Below are positions 1 to 13,135 of a stretch of 64,000 nucleotides of DNA, in pieces; the first letter of the stretch is position 1; every line of letters begins with the position of its first letter. The position numbers were made by a program, and so were the translations under genes. Under the pieces are notes generated by a model. It had not been told where the DNA came from, ran no database searches, and worked only from the letters and a program-made list of their open reading frames with translations. The DNA comes from Octopus sinensis (taxonomy: Eukaryota): the NCBI RefSeq assembly GCF_006345805.1, contig NC_043004.1, positions 86,738,001 through 86,802,000 of the forward strand. Direction: 5' to 3'.

Positions 1-630
1 ACTTATACACACATATTTGACAGCTTTTGAACTACCATGCTAGTCTTGATAAATCATTAACTCATAAAAAGAACAGCCAATCAGTCTTAAACAGAAACAA
101 CTGATTACACTTTAAACTAATAAAAACTGCTGTGTTTTTATAACTGTTCCTTACATAGGCAGAAGGTCAGAAATGCTTTGTGAGAAAAAATATTAACATT
201 AAGTTTAGTACCAATGTGTTATAGGTTCATTTGAGATAGGAAAGTGAAGTTCGTTAGTAAAACAGCTTTAAATTTCTGAAAAATATTAGAAACGTATGGA
301 TTTTTAAACATAATTTTACAGGATTTCCCTCACTCAAATCTGTCATCATCATCCTCAATCTCTACAATGTCAATCTCAAATTCATCATCATCATCAACCT
401 CAATTTTCATTACATTGTCTGTTTTGATTTTATCATCAGCTTAAATGTCATCACTTTAGGTAGGAGGGAGGTAAGTATTCTTTTTTTTTTTATATGTACC
501 AACATTGTCACAGAATTACAAAAAACATATAAACATTAAAAATGTTTTTTGAAGGATTACAAGGTTTGCATCATAAAAATTGCCACAGCTTACATTACTG
601 TAAATATACATATGTTCAATACAAATGAGC

Positions 631-901
631 TGATGCTACATAAAAAACATCCAGTCCACATTGTAAAATGGTTGGTGTTTGGGAGGGCATCCAGCTGTAA
701 AAACCTTGCCAAAACTGACCTTGCCTGTGCTTGTGCCACATAAAAAGCAGTTAGTCCACTCTGTTAAGAAGGGCAACAAGCCATAAAAAACCCTCCCAAA
801 ACAGACACAGAAGTTTGGTGCAGGCTCCTGCCTGGCCAGCTTCTGTCAAACTGTCCAAACCATGCCAGCATGGAAAGCAGACGTTAAATGATGATAATGA
901 T
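631..901 (+). mobile_element. RTE-tail SINE / RTE 3' fragment
   Basis: Contains ggagggcatccagctgtaaaaac...catgccagcatggaaagcagacgttaaa and a (TGA)n tail shared with the RTE 3' end at 19828. Confidence 0.75.
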
Positions 902-1680
902 ATGTAATATACATACATACACACAACACAAAAGACCAAAATGAATTAACCTTATATTCATTATTCCCATTTCTTAACTATTACATCAACCACAACTTTG
1001 GTCTCAGCTTAGAGTCAATATATCTATGTATATAAATTATACTGACTAGCACAAGGCTGACCTTGATTACCAAAGATGATTGTGCTGGATTTATGAGAGT
1101 TAAATGGGAATAACACATAAACAGTTATTTATTTTTGTCTTTGTTGTATTGCATATATGTATATACTATGTAGTTTTACATACATCTAATGTACTAACTG
1201 TATTGCATATTTTTGATAATATAAGGTGTGGTAATTTTTATTACACAAACCTTGTAATCCATCATAAAACTTTTTAATGTTTACATTACAATTATGCGAT
1301 AAGAAATCACTGATATCAATGTTTGTACATGAAAATAAATGGTCCATCCCTCAGAGAAAACATTTAAGATGATGACAACATTAAAGTTGATAATGACAAT
1401 GTAATCAAAACTAATAATGAAATGATACTAATGATGATATGTTGACATTGACAAGACTAAGGTCAAAAAAGGAAAATTTGCGGGGAAAAACCCTGTAATA
1501 GTGAATTTAAATGTCATCACAATGAGAGTATATAAAATGTATGAACAAAATTCTTATAAAAATCGTGGTGGAATAAAATTAACCAAAAATTAAATAAAAT
1601 TCAAGTCAATACTAATTAAGTAACCTAAGAATAATAATTAAAATAGCAGATTTGATAAATAAATTATAAAATGATTAAGA

Positions 1681-1748
<68 letters not shown>

Positions 1749-1894
1749 GAGAGAGGTGCACACACACATACATAATGTATAATAATAATGTTCGTCCTTC
1801 GGGTTCGAAGATGACCATTGACATCATTTGGTGGAATTGCTGCTATGAGACCGGAGGTGGCTGGTGAGGCCAATCCGGGCAAGAAACCCGCTCC

Positions 1895-1968
<74 letters not shown>

Positions 1969-1970
1969 TG
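1681..1970. repeat. Compound (TG)n(TA)n(GA)n and (TA)n(CA)n microsatellites
   Basis: Seen directly; they flank the RTE fragment at 1779-1898. Confidence 0.9.
1779..1898 (-). mobile_element. Extreme 3' end of an RTE-clade LINE (a second family)
   Basis: Encodes CRSGFLARIGLTSHLRSH, the RTE C-terminal C2H2-type RIGL.SH.R.H motif, followed by a short 3'UTR and (ATT)n tail. Confidence 0.75.
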
Positions 1971-2415
1971 TACATACATGCACCACAGAATATAGGCAAC
2001 AATATTCATGATTTAAAAATTCATCTTTTAAACAATTTTTCATGGACAATATAGGATATAATAATCTGCAATGATAATTGTACAAAGTAATTTATATTAA
2101 AAACTTGACAAGACATTGCTATTGAAAAAAGAGACTTTGTAATTTATTTGTGAAAAATTAAGAAAATATGAAAATTTTGTTTTAAGAAAAGAGCACTATT
2201 CAAGTGAAAGAAATGATAGTATCAGCCAGAAAACTCATAATAATCTAACAGGACACTTTGATCTCCATTTCTAATTCCACCAAATTTATATTCAGTAATA
2301 TACATAGATGCAAATTATATCTGAAAATGTTGGATACACAAGAATGCAAAGATTTGAAGAAAAAAATTGTTATAATGATGAGAAAGAATAAACCCAAAGA
2401 ATTGTAAAAATTCAC

Positions 2416-2540
2416 CATCATCATCATCATCGTTTAACGTCCACTTTCCATGCTAGCATGGGTTGGACGGTTCGACCGGGGTCTGGGAAGCCAGGAGGCT
2501 GCACCAGGCCCAGTCTGATCTGGCAGTGTTTCTACAGCTG
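2416..2540 (-). mobile_element. RTE-tail SINE 3' fragment
   Basis: (CAT)n followed by cgtttaacgtccactttccatgctagcatgggttggacgg. Confidence 0.8.
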
Positions 2541-2762
2541 AATATTATACATATTTGAAATTTTAAAATGATTCATGTTCAAAAAGTAATTAATATGTAT
2601 AAACACAAGTGAATTAATAGAAGAATCCAATATTAAGTCAACACTTAAGATGAAGAACAGAACTCATTTCCCACAATCCCAATTCTTACTTCAAATATAT
2701 GGACAATGTAACTAATATAAATGGAGATAAAATATCTTACGAGTTCTTAAATTTATGCATGG

Positions 2763-3330
2763 ATCATCATCATCATTTAACATCCGCTTTCCATACAAGC
2801 ATGGGTTGGACGATTTGACTGAGGACTTGCGAACCAGATGGCTGCAACAGGCTCCAATCTGATCTGGCAGAGTTTCTACAGTTGGATGCTCTTCCTAACG
2901 ACAACCACTCCAAGAGTGTAGTGGGTACTTTTATGTGCCACCGGCACAGGGGCCAGTCTTGTAGTACTGGCAACAGCCACACTCAAATGGTGTTTTTTTA
3001 CATGCCACCTGCACAGGAGTTAGTCCAGCGGCACTGGCAACGACCTCGCTCAAATGTTTTGTTCACCTGCCAGTAAGGTGACGCTGGTAACAATCACGCT
3101 CAAATGGTGCTTTTTACGTGCCACCGGCACAGAAGCCAAGCAGCTGCTCTGGCAGTGATCCCACTCAGATGGAGCTGTTAGCGCTCCACTGGCATGAGTG
3201 CCAGTCATCGAATTTGGCTCAATTTTGATTTCATTTGCCTCAACAGGTCTTTGCAAGCAGAGTTTAGTGTCCAATGAAGGGAGGTTGGCATGGGTGCCAG
3301 TCGTCGAATTTGGTTCGATTTTGAATTCGA
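2763..3330 (-). mobile_element. RTE 3'UTR fragment with ~60-bp internal repeats
   Basis: Collinear with 19828-20330; (CAT)n tail. Confidence 0.8.
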
Positions 3331-3929
3331 TCTCAAATTTATAAACTCATTTCTTGAATTTGAATGTTGAGTTTTATTCCAGCAATAACCATAGAAAAAT
3401 ATAAACCTCAACAACAAAAACTTGTCAAGAATTAAAATCATTTTTCTATACCATACGAAAAATGATAACTCATTAATAAAAGTAACTTATTTCAAAATAC
3501 TAATTCTATGATTTTGTCTCAAAGATTTAGTTTTCAAACTATGAATTACTGAGCCAAATCTTTATGCCATGATTATGCAAAGCCAAAAAACTGTATAAGC
3601 AATTAGCTTAACCACAAATTTCATGGTAATTAATAATGTAGCCAGCCTTTAATATATTCAAAGGCAATATCACCTCTAACTCACTAATATCATTATTTGC
3701 CAACTTCAGTTAATATATGCAACTTTAGTCTAAACATAAGTTTGGTTAAAATCGCCTTCTTTATACATGATAAATAAGCTTTAAAAATTCACCAAAACAG
3801 ATTGGCTAGTTTGAATAATAAACATTAAAAAAATTATTGTATCAACTAGCATAACATGAACAATTATTCAGCAATTTGTGATGGAACATTATGGTACAGG
3901 ATTTGTTGTGTGCTTTATAAGTTGATTTT

Positions 3930-4170
3930 GCAAATGTAATAGCTTTTTAGGTTCAATCCCACAGAACAGCACCTACAATAGTATCTTTGAATGGAATTTG
4001 GCAGAAATGGTCCATCATATGTGTATATGTATGTGTTCTGATGGTGGTGTTTATGTCATGTCCCTGGACTGAAATAAATACTGGAATCAATATGACTGAC
4101 TAAACCCTTGAAGGCAGTGCCCCAGCATGGCCACAGTTCGATGACTAAAATCAGTAAAAGTATAAAAGAA
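3930..4170 (+). mobile_element. Decayed tRNA-derived SINE
   Basis: ggttcaatccca B-box and ...gcagtgccccagcatggccacagttcgatgact...aaaagtataaaag end, as in the 48615 copy. Confidence 0.6.
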
Positions 4171-4457
4171 GAGTTAGATAATTATGTTGATTTAATATAT
4201 GAAGCAACCAGAAGTAAATCAAAACAGCTGCTGTATATTTTCAACAGGAGTTATACAATGAAATAAGATTTAAGAAAATGTGAAGTCAGAAGAATCTAAA
4301 AAAAAAATTTTAATTTAAAAAATGTAGAAACAAAATTTAACAAAAATAATGTAAACAGCAGCTTTGCAATACTAAAATTTCTCACTTGTTTTTGGTAATC
4401 AGTGGCTATTGTACTCCAGGGGGGGCCCAGTCATTAGAATAAAGAGATCACACTTAC

Positions 4458-4466
4458 CTGCCTGTA
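4458..4466 (-). CDS. Candidate 9-nt frame-preserving WAC microexon
   Basis: aaattag|TACAGGCAG|gtaagt, with a consensus donor 126 nt downstream of exon 3. Keeps phase 1. An alternative AG would give 16 nt (4473-4458). Confidence 0.35.
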
Positions 4467-4592
4467 CTAATTTCTACATAATAATAATCCATGTATTAAT
4501 CCAATGTATATAAAGTGAATACAATAAACAATCCTATAGGTGACCAATTCTGACCTGCCACACACAAGTAATAGTAATATGAAATAGCGCAC

Positions 4593-4752
4593 CTCTTTCC
4601 AGTTTTTCCTTAGTTCTTTCAATATAAGTGGTCTTGTTCTGATATCGGGGACTATGACGACTTCTGGGGCTGTCATCTCTTGTCCTGTCGTCATCGGGGG
4701 AGCTTCGCAGCTTTTCACAGCGACTGGTGATTGTATATGGGTACTGCATGCC
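4593..4752 (-). CDS. WAC: WAC coding exon 3 (GMQYPYTITSRCEKLRSSPDDDRTRDDSPRSRHSPRYQNKTTYIERTKEKLER+G)
   Basis: Poly-T tract plus ttttag acceptor (4753-4754) and GAG|gtgcgc donor (4591-4592). 160 nt, open in phase 0 from exon 2 and ending phase 1. R/S/D/P-rich like the WAC N-terminal region, and CpG-containing within CpG-poor surroundings. Confidence 0.82.
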
Positions 4753-5204
4753 CTAAAATTTAAAAAAAAAAAAAAATAGCAAAAATCCAGAAATGGGATT
4801 ATATTAAAGGAAAGAAGATATATAAGCATATATTAAATTTGACATGTCATGTACTTAATTACCAAAACTGAAATAAGAATGATCAATTTTACAACAGAAT
4901 CTAATTATTTAGTTTTTTTAAATATTGTATATTAAAAGGTAAATGGAAAATTTTGTTCCTTTCTAATTTTAATAAAAAAAAAAAACTGAACCCGTCAAAT
5001 ACACTACAAATGCTGATGATTTCCACATCACGCCAGTGGCAATCTCATATTCTTAACATAATAAAAAATTTATTATTATAAAAGTTAGAAAATATTTCAA
5101 CTGATCTATTGATTCTTCACAAAGTTCAAAGCCCACAACGGAAGCTTTCTCTAACAATTGCAGCAATATACATGCACATCCCAAACTGAATAAAAAAATT
5201 TTAA

Positions 5205-6270
5205 ATACTCGGCCCAATCCTGTTTCTCATCCTCATCTCTGACATAGATGAAGATACAACCAGCAACGTCTCATCCTTTGCTGATGACACCAGGGTCATG
5301 AGACAAATCAAAGACGAGGTGGATACAGAGGCCTTACAAAAGGACCTGACCACCATATATAAATGGCAGGAAACAAACAACATGTTGTTCAATGATAAGA
5401 AGTTTGAACTAATTCGCTACGGAACAGATCAAGATCTGAAAAATACAACAAACTACAGAAACCCATCAGGACAACAAATAATGGAAAAACAGTATGTGAA
5501 AGATTTAGGCATCCACATGGGAACCAGCCTAAAATTCAGAGAACACCTTGACTCAGTCTGTCTTACTGCAAGAAAGTACAGCGGGTGGATCTTGTGCACC
5601 TTCAAATCAAGAGATACCTCAACAATGAAAACCCTCTGGAACAGTATGATACTTCCGAGGATTGACTACTGTTCTCAGTTGTGGTCACCAACAACAAAGG
5701 GCCAACTATCTAAGATGGAATCGCTCCAAAGAAATTTTACCTCATACTTCTCAGAAACGAGGGACCTGGACTATTAGCAAAAGACTCAAAACCTTGAAGA
5801 TGTACTCAATAGAAAGAAGATTTGAGCGATACCGAATTATATACATTTGGAAAATGATAGAGCAAAAGGTGCCAAACTTTGGTATCAAAACCTACCACTC
5901 ACTGCGCCACGGAAGACGCTGCCAGCTACCACCAATCAACAAAAAGGCTGGCCAGGCAGCAAAAACCCTGCGAGAGTCAAGTCTGTTGGTTCAAGGAGCA
6001 CAACTATTCAACTCCATTCCGGTACATGTCAGAAATCTATCAGGATGCAGTGTGGAATCATTCAAATTGCAGCTGGATAAATACTTAAGCACCATTAGAG
6101 ATGAACCACATCTCCCAGGATATACACAACGAGCACAAACTGACTCAAACTCGCTCCTACACAAGTCAAAATTAAACAGAGAATACAACCTGGCAACCAC
6201 ACCAGACTCTGAGGGTGGAGTCTTCGACTTGGCCTGAGCATGGACTCAAACTCAAATGAAATTAAATAAA
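5205..6270 (+). mobile_element. 5'-truncated CR1/L2-group LINE (RT C-terminus and 3'UTR), one frameshift near 5775
   Basis: ILGPILFLILISDI...SFADDT (RT catalytic motif)...KDLGI...PRIDYCSQLWSP, then LKMYSIERRFERYRIIYIWK...LDKYLSTIRDEP in another frame. A-rich end. Confidence 0.9.
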
Positions 6271-9200
6271 GTCAGGCTGATTTGCAAAGATTCATTCACC
6301 AACACATTACAAACACCCCAGGTCAACAAGCAGACTCCTTGGACCCCCTGGCTACATAACACTGAAGCAAAGTATCTTGTCCCATATGTTTAGATCAACT
6401 GAAGTCTACTAAGTGAAATATTGTAGACAGAAACTGCATGAAAATCAATTAGGTGGATGTGTTTGTTCTAAATGACAATCAGGGCTTCACAAAAATACCT
6501 TCAAATATTTATCATATTTGGGTTACACTCAGGCTGATTTGCCTGGTTCCAGCTTACAAGGTTGATAAATTTGTAACATACACTATCAACTAAAACTCTG
6601 AACACGAGTAACCCAATGAAACCTGTAAATAAAAGAACTATTTTCCAAAAGATTTATTCTGCCAAGATTGATTTAAATTTCAAATATACTCACAAATGAA
6701 GTCAAACATTTATTAGAAAATTTTAATTTTTCCAACACTAAAAAGTAAATATCATTTTTAAGCTTTGATATATTTTTTCTTTTCTTTTTATCTCTATGCA
6801 TAATACAGTTTTATTTTTGCTTTTAATTTTTTATTTTTTTATTTATTTAACTATTAGTACTCCACAAATTTCAGGCCCTTTTTCCTTACAGACACGTTTT
6901 GCACCTGCAAAGACTGAATTTAGTATGGATCTTTTTTGAATTCAAATTCTTTACAATTTCTTTGACAGTGTCCTTCAAACAATACTGATTAGTTATAAAT
7001 AGATCACCCACTGTACCAAAATAAAGCTTAATAGGTATCTGTAAATGATAAAGAAATCTTTAAAAACTGATGGTTATATATGAAAAATTGTAAATTTAGA
7101 TTTCTTACAAAAAAAAAAATACAAACATAAATTATAAAAAGTGGCATTTTAATTAATTATTAATGATTTATTGAAATAGCTGAAGTAAAAAGATGAAAAT
7201 AATCAAATTAAATCAATGTACATTAAATAAAATTCGTGTCAAAACAAAAAATAATTTTAATAATAAAGAATTGCCATTTAGATGTGATATGAAATTGAAT
7301 ACAAATAACATTATATGTTGTGGCTTATACAGAGTGTTATTTTAGTAAACTAAGCTCCATAAACTTTAAGAGTCACAAAAATAATTTATTATGGCAATTT
7401 AAAATTTTGCTGCATTTGAGTATAATAACAGTGCATATAACTCTTTTAATCTGAAAATTATACAAATAATGCTGATTTTTTGGAGGTCACTTTTACCAAT
7501 AAGTATACAAAATTTGTACAAACAAGAAGCAAGAAATTATAAAATATTAGATTTCAATAATTATTTACACTAAGGGAAAAAATTACAACTTTCCAGTGCT
7601 ATCAGTAGCACAGTTTGTATTGTTAACCATTTATTCCTGCCTTAAAGTGGTTCTTTGAAATCATAAATTCTTGTAATTTTTTTTCTTTGACATTTTCTCC
7701 ATTTTTTTTAAATATGAACTCTATATTTCTATTACAAAATAGATACCATGGGTTGTTCAGACAAGTCTAACTTTTCAGTTGCTTTTGAATTAGTTATACT
7801 CTATATAAAATACTCCCGGAGTAATTTCTTTCTATATTTGCTATGACTTCCTCTGTTTCAAAACTACATTTCCTTAATATAAATTCCCCTTCATATTATT
7901 TTCATTACATTTGTTATTCAAAAGTATTTTTAGCAAAGCTGATCCATGATAGAATTATCATGCATAAGATACAATTTGAGTGTAAAGTTGTTTCTATTGA
8001 CATAATTTAATTTTTTAGTCAAAAACAAACCAAGTTACTTTGCATTTATTGATGTCTTTGACAGGATTCACACTTTGCAGTTTGAAGATTATAAAAGAAA
8101 AAAAAAGAGACAGATGTAGACAAATGGCTTGTGAAAGCTGTACTAAATGCTACTGTTAACAAGTTCAGGATTAGCAATAAGCCCAATAAGAACTTGGTAT
8201 ACAAGTAAATGTTGACCAGACTATCATAAACCCCTTTATATTCATTATAGACACTGAAGCTATTAGAGTTTCAGCCTAACTGTCCTTGCAAGCATTTATT
8301 AAGTTCTCAGAGGAATCCATCTCAAAGAATTGCAGGAAAAGTTCTAAAATTAGAAGCATGGCATCGAGTTTAAAAGTCAACATGATATTAAACACTAACA
8401 TTAAATAGTGTACATAAAATCCGGCTGTCAAATGGGAAGTCTATTGATATGCAGGAAGGAAGTTGGTAGGAACTTGATATTGCATATTTAGTGCAGGTAA
8501 TGGGTACAAAAGGGGTGCCGCGGGATTTCTGGCACATTAACAAGATACAAGACTTTACATGTGATACAAACAGTACTAAGAATAAGAAGCATCCAACAGT
8601 TGAATTTCATAAATTGCTGACAGACTTGTTGCTACAATAATCTAGTGGTAGTTGCAGCAAAATTTGGAGCTTTAATGCATATGTTGGCAAAAAATGGTTT
8701 CTCGCCTCATGTAGACTGTAAAAAGTATGCATAAGTGATACAGCATAGTAAGATATGGGTACTACAATGAAACACATGCACTGAAAAAAATGATCTGTTG
8801 GATGTGAACAGTTAACTAACATAAAAAGTGTAAAAGAGAGGGGAAAAAATGTGCTATCAATGGAAAGAACCAATGGAAAAGGCAAGATGTAAGAATAAGG
8901 TCAGACCTCACAAAAATTATGAAAACCCAAAATGCTTGTTAATTATGCCTTACATCAAACCCATACAACTATAAGGGGGAGGGAATATTAAAACAATAAC
9001 TACTACACAAATTATACGCAAGAAATATTTCTTCTTTTTTCATGATTTGTCAGACTGCTACCATACTGGGACACTATCCTTCAAGAGTTTTCAATAACAA
9101 AGAATGTCAGTTATTGAAATTGATTCCATCTATAACAAAGTTAACATTTGCATATCAAGGTAGACAGCCTCATAGATAGTGCCTAGATTATCCTTAATCA

Positions 9201-9379
9201 ACAACTCATAAGGTATTCAAACAATTGATAATAAAAATCCTGCAATAACAAGCCAGGATACCAGAAATGAAAAGGTCACTTCAAACACAAAGGGTCATGT
9301 CAACTTTGCAACCTGCCCAGACTCAAAGAACACTTGCAGCTATATGTCCAAGATCAATGAAGAGAGTCTCTATATGAAG

Positions 9380-9790
9380 CACAAACAACTAAAAATAATG
9401 ACCAGAAGTTCCTCAAATCATACCCTACCGTCTTAAAATATTGAAGACATATTGTATGATGTAGTCCTAGATACACAATATGTAAAAATAAGGTGGGATA
9501 GCAATGACTGGAACACTTCTGACCCATAGACCTGACTGATCAGGGCTGACTTGGAACTAAACTATTTTCAAAGATCTAGATACTAGAACATAAGCTAACA
9601 AAGATGCATGTACAAGACCACTTGACCTATAAAAATAGCAGCAGTATCTCACCCAGATCACATCATAGTAACTTAAAATAGGAAGGAAACATTAGATAAA
9701 AGTGACCCTACATGCATGATGTGGAGGGTGGGGGTCAAGGTAGTCACAGATGGATCATGGGACAATATAACATCATCCAAAATTCCAGTA
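9380..9790 (+). repeat. Two decayed copies of an unclassified interspersed repeat
   Basis: Shares gacct(g/a)...aaaatagcagc...cctcaaatca(c/t)accctac..tcttaaaa...attggataat with 50570-50880 (+) and 51535-51745 (-). Confidence 0.45.
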
Positions 9791-11124
9791 TGCTATTGTA
9801 AACACAAACCAAAAGTCAGCTATACACGGAGGAAATTCATCTGCCACCACTGAAACCTCCAGACATTCTGAAGTACTGGATACCAAACTGGATGGAACAT
9901 GCCCCACAGCAGTAATCAGCATAAACACTGTCTGATCTATGTGGGTCATTCAAATGTTCAGTCAGCTACTTTATAAGTCTGCAAAAGTAGAAGACAAACT
10001 AGACTTCCTTAATAATAAACACACATGAAGATGATGAAGGATCACAATAAGCAGTGAGACATGTTGTCCAGTCCATGCAAGAATAGAAAAAAACAGACAT
10101 AAAACAATGAAGAAACCACCAAGTATATTGGAGGTGGGGATCTTTGCTGTCAAAAGTACTAATTACCAACAACATACTATTTCCAAGCATAAAAGATGTT
10201 CTGATCTCAGCAGCCAAATTCTGACTTGAAAATTTTAATTGGGGGTGGAGGGGTGAAGGTCTCAGCACCTCTTCACATACTTTAATGGCTTAGTGACAAA
10301 CAGATCCTGTTAATCAAATAGTCTATATTTGGTTTCTTTCACTTACACAGTAATAGAGCTAAGCAAAATACCACAGGGGAGCATGGTGCATACTAAACAT
10401 ACCAACAGCAAAGTTTTGAGTATGTAATATGAGTTGAGATTATCCATGTAATTAACAGAAAAAGCTTCCTCTAGGAGTGGTCAAAATCTAACATCTAGGT
10501 CTTAGTCTTGGTTCCTCTCATACAGTTGGCCAGTATATCAAGCAGCAAGACATCCACAATCATCTGTTTTGAGCATAGTTGTCTGCATTTTCCCAGTTGA
10601 TACTAAGTTGCTTCAAATCGAAGATGGTGCGGCATGTCTTCTTGTGTCCTTCTCTCTTCCCTCATCCCTTTGGTGGTACCCACTATAAAAGTGTCTTGGG
10701 TATTTGTTCTTCCAGCAGTCAGAAAAAATGACCAGCAGGTCTCAACCCCCTTTCCACCACAATCTCAAGCTAACTGTGCAGACTGTCTCTTCTCAAGACT
10801 TCAGAATTTGAGATTGTCCCTGTAGGTGACCTTGAGTATTTTGTGTAGATAGTGAGATTAAAAAAAAACAAAAACTGACCAACCAAAAGTTTTGTAAATG
10901 AAAGACAATGAAGAGAGTGTGGACCCTGTCTCTAAAACCAAAAAGTGAAAGCAATAGAAATGCTTCAGTCATATTAGACCTCAACAAAAATTCTTAGCTG
11001 GCTAGACTTCAGAGCAAGTAGAGAGAGTTTCTTTTTTTTTTTTGCTTGTTTGTTTATCTAGTTGCAATCATTGAACTGTGACTAGTCAAACAAATCATCC
11101 CCACTACCCACACACATAAAATTG

Positions 11125-11270
11125 GCTTCTTTCAGATTCTGTCTACCAAATTCACTCACAAGGCATTGGTCAGTCTAGGGCTATAGAAAAAGGCACTTGC
11201 CTAAGGTGCCATGCAGTGGGACTTTACCATATGGTTGGAAAGCAAACTTCTAACCATACAGCCTTGCCTG
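11125..11270 (-). mobile_element. tRNA-derived SINE 5' half
   Basis: Reverse complement of the ggctgtatggttagaagtttgcttt...gtcccactgcatggcaccttaggcaagtg head. Confidence 0.7.
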
Positions 11271-11949
11271 CACTGAGAGATAAGGAAAAGTATCTCAAGG
11301 GAGGTGTTAGCCTCTGCATAATGACTAATAAGGCTATCAATGTTTGAGGATTTACACAAATTCTTCATGTTGTGATACCATTCCATGAACTGGTGGCTTT
11401 ATTTTAACATACATTCACTGATTCAATGCATTGACATTATGCAATTTCTGCTGATATAACATATTGATTATTGTTGTTATTTTTCAATTCACTGGCTTTA
11501 AAATACTTTCATCCTTTTCAAGTTCACTGAATTTTAATATTTATTAAGATTTCTTGAAGTCAATGTGTCAGTGAACAGAAAATCCCTAACACATCACCAA
11601 GTAATGTACACGGTACACAATGTCTGTGATTCAGCATTAAGTTACTTGAGCAACAACAAATCAGTGCATGAAAACAGACAGGAATAAAATGTAGTATGTT
11701 GGGAATTTCACGTGATTAAGTATAGGTTTGTACAGTAATTTTTACCCCTGACATAAAGAAAACCAAAACACTACACTGAGAAACAAAAAATATGGAATAT
11801 TTTACTGTACACTTAGTAAAAATACATGAACATAAAAAGCAACTATTAAAATTAAATTACAAAAGAATAAAGAATAAAAACAATACAAATATTACCTGTA
11901 CATTATAAGGAACGATTTTAACCTTCAAATTCTGAAAATTGTCTCTTGT

Positions 11950-13135
11950 TATCAATATCCTTAAATAAAAATATCTTTAAAAAAAAAAATTCACTGATGT
12001 TATCTATATCACTAATACTATCAAGGTTATCAATGCTGCCTACCATCCAAAGCCACAATTTTTAAGCAATTTTGCAACTATCTTGGTTTTTACAGCATGC
12101 CATGATTTTAGGACCTACTCACACACTTGAGTGATTAACTGTTGGCCTTTTCAGGCAATCTGTTGGTATCAGTATCAGTTACAATTTATGGTGCTCATCT
12201 AGTGATTCCACTCTTCTTAAATGTCTTAAAAAGTTAGTAAATGGCCACATCAGTCATAATTAACTTGTTACTGCACCATGGACTGTTGCCATTTTCATCT
12301 CAACTGTGCACCCTTTCTTTGATACTCTTGTTTTATTAAAAACAAAACTGAGGCAAAAGGATACTTTTTAAGGAGGACACTAGAAAACGCAGGTCAGATT
12401 TTATCCAGAGCTTAATCCCCTTTTTATCCATTCGCTCCTTTAGATGGATGTAAACAAATTCCACATGGAATTTTGTCCTTTGGTAAAGTTATCATTCTCT
12501 TAAATATCAGCAGTGGTAGCAATTTTGTTCCATTGGCACATGACAGAACCACAGTATATAATGGGGTTTCCCCCAAATCCAGATGTCTTAGCAGTTTTGG
12601 TCCCTTCAAGATCCATGTCCAATTTGATATCAAATCAAACATTAATGGCACATCAGCCATGATTCGATCTGACCCAGTTCATAGTCTTCTTTCTTGCACT
12701 AATTATAAAGCTGTGAAATTAAATTACTTTGCTCTTATAACACTATGGTATTTGTTGTACTATTCTCAATACTAACCATGTCTTTTCATAAAACTCTAGC
12801 ATTAACTTGGCATGACATGAAAATCATTCAGTCCTCATGCTACTGTTTCAATTTAGATTAATAGTTTTTGTTGATGCTGAATTTTCTCCCAAACTATCCA
12901 ATCCATCTTTGCCTCCAATTCTTGCAATTTAGCTACAGGCTTATGCAAGTTATGTATATTTCTTCATGCTGGCTTCAACAGATTCTTTTACTTCCTCCAG
13001 TAGCATATCATTTTCTCAGTTGGAGGTGGTCCAAAATACCTTTTCAGCTCAGTCGCCATGCTGTTTGGCATATTTAAATTTTTTGCAGCTTATAGCCAAT
13101 GGTGTATGAGTGCCTTTTAATTCCAGATGCTATAA
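11950..13135 (-). mobile_element. Decayed pogo-family (POGK/Passer-like) DDE transposase
   Basis: Minus-strand remnants: SGIKRHSYTIGYKL (N-terminus), YFGPPPTEKMI.YWRK (HTH), DVPLMFD...TVVLSCANGTKLLPLLIFKR...LPKDKIP (DDE_1), and LKRPT...QVCE*VLKSWHAVK. Many stops and frameshifts. Confidence 0.85.

Noticed and set aside
2920-3200. Regularly spaced ~60-bp repeats resembling a CRISPR array
   Set aside because: The 'spacers' are homologous to each other, the array is part of an RTE 3'UTR in eukaryotic DNA, and there are no cas genes.
4413-4430. CTCF site
   Set aside because: Three mismatches to the core consensus.
4467-4829. 120-aa ORF (…ACSTHIQSPVAVKSCE…) as the exon-3 reading frame
   Set aside because: Exon 2 ends in phase 0, which selects the GMQYPY… frame. 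The rest of this ORF is intronic poly-T.
6500-7045. Minus-strand acceptor-like sites at 7039 and 6623 as extra WAC exons
   Set aside because: No convincing frame-preserving donor and no WAC-like peptide; cannot be supported without transcripts.
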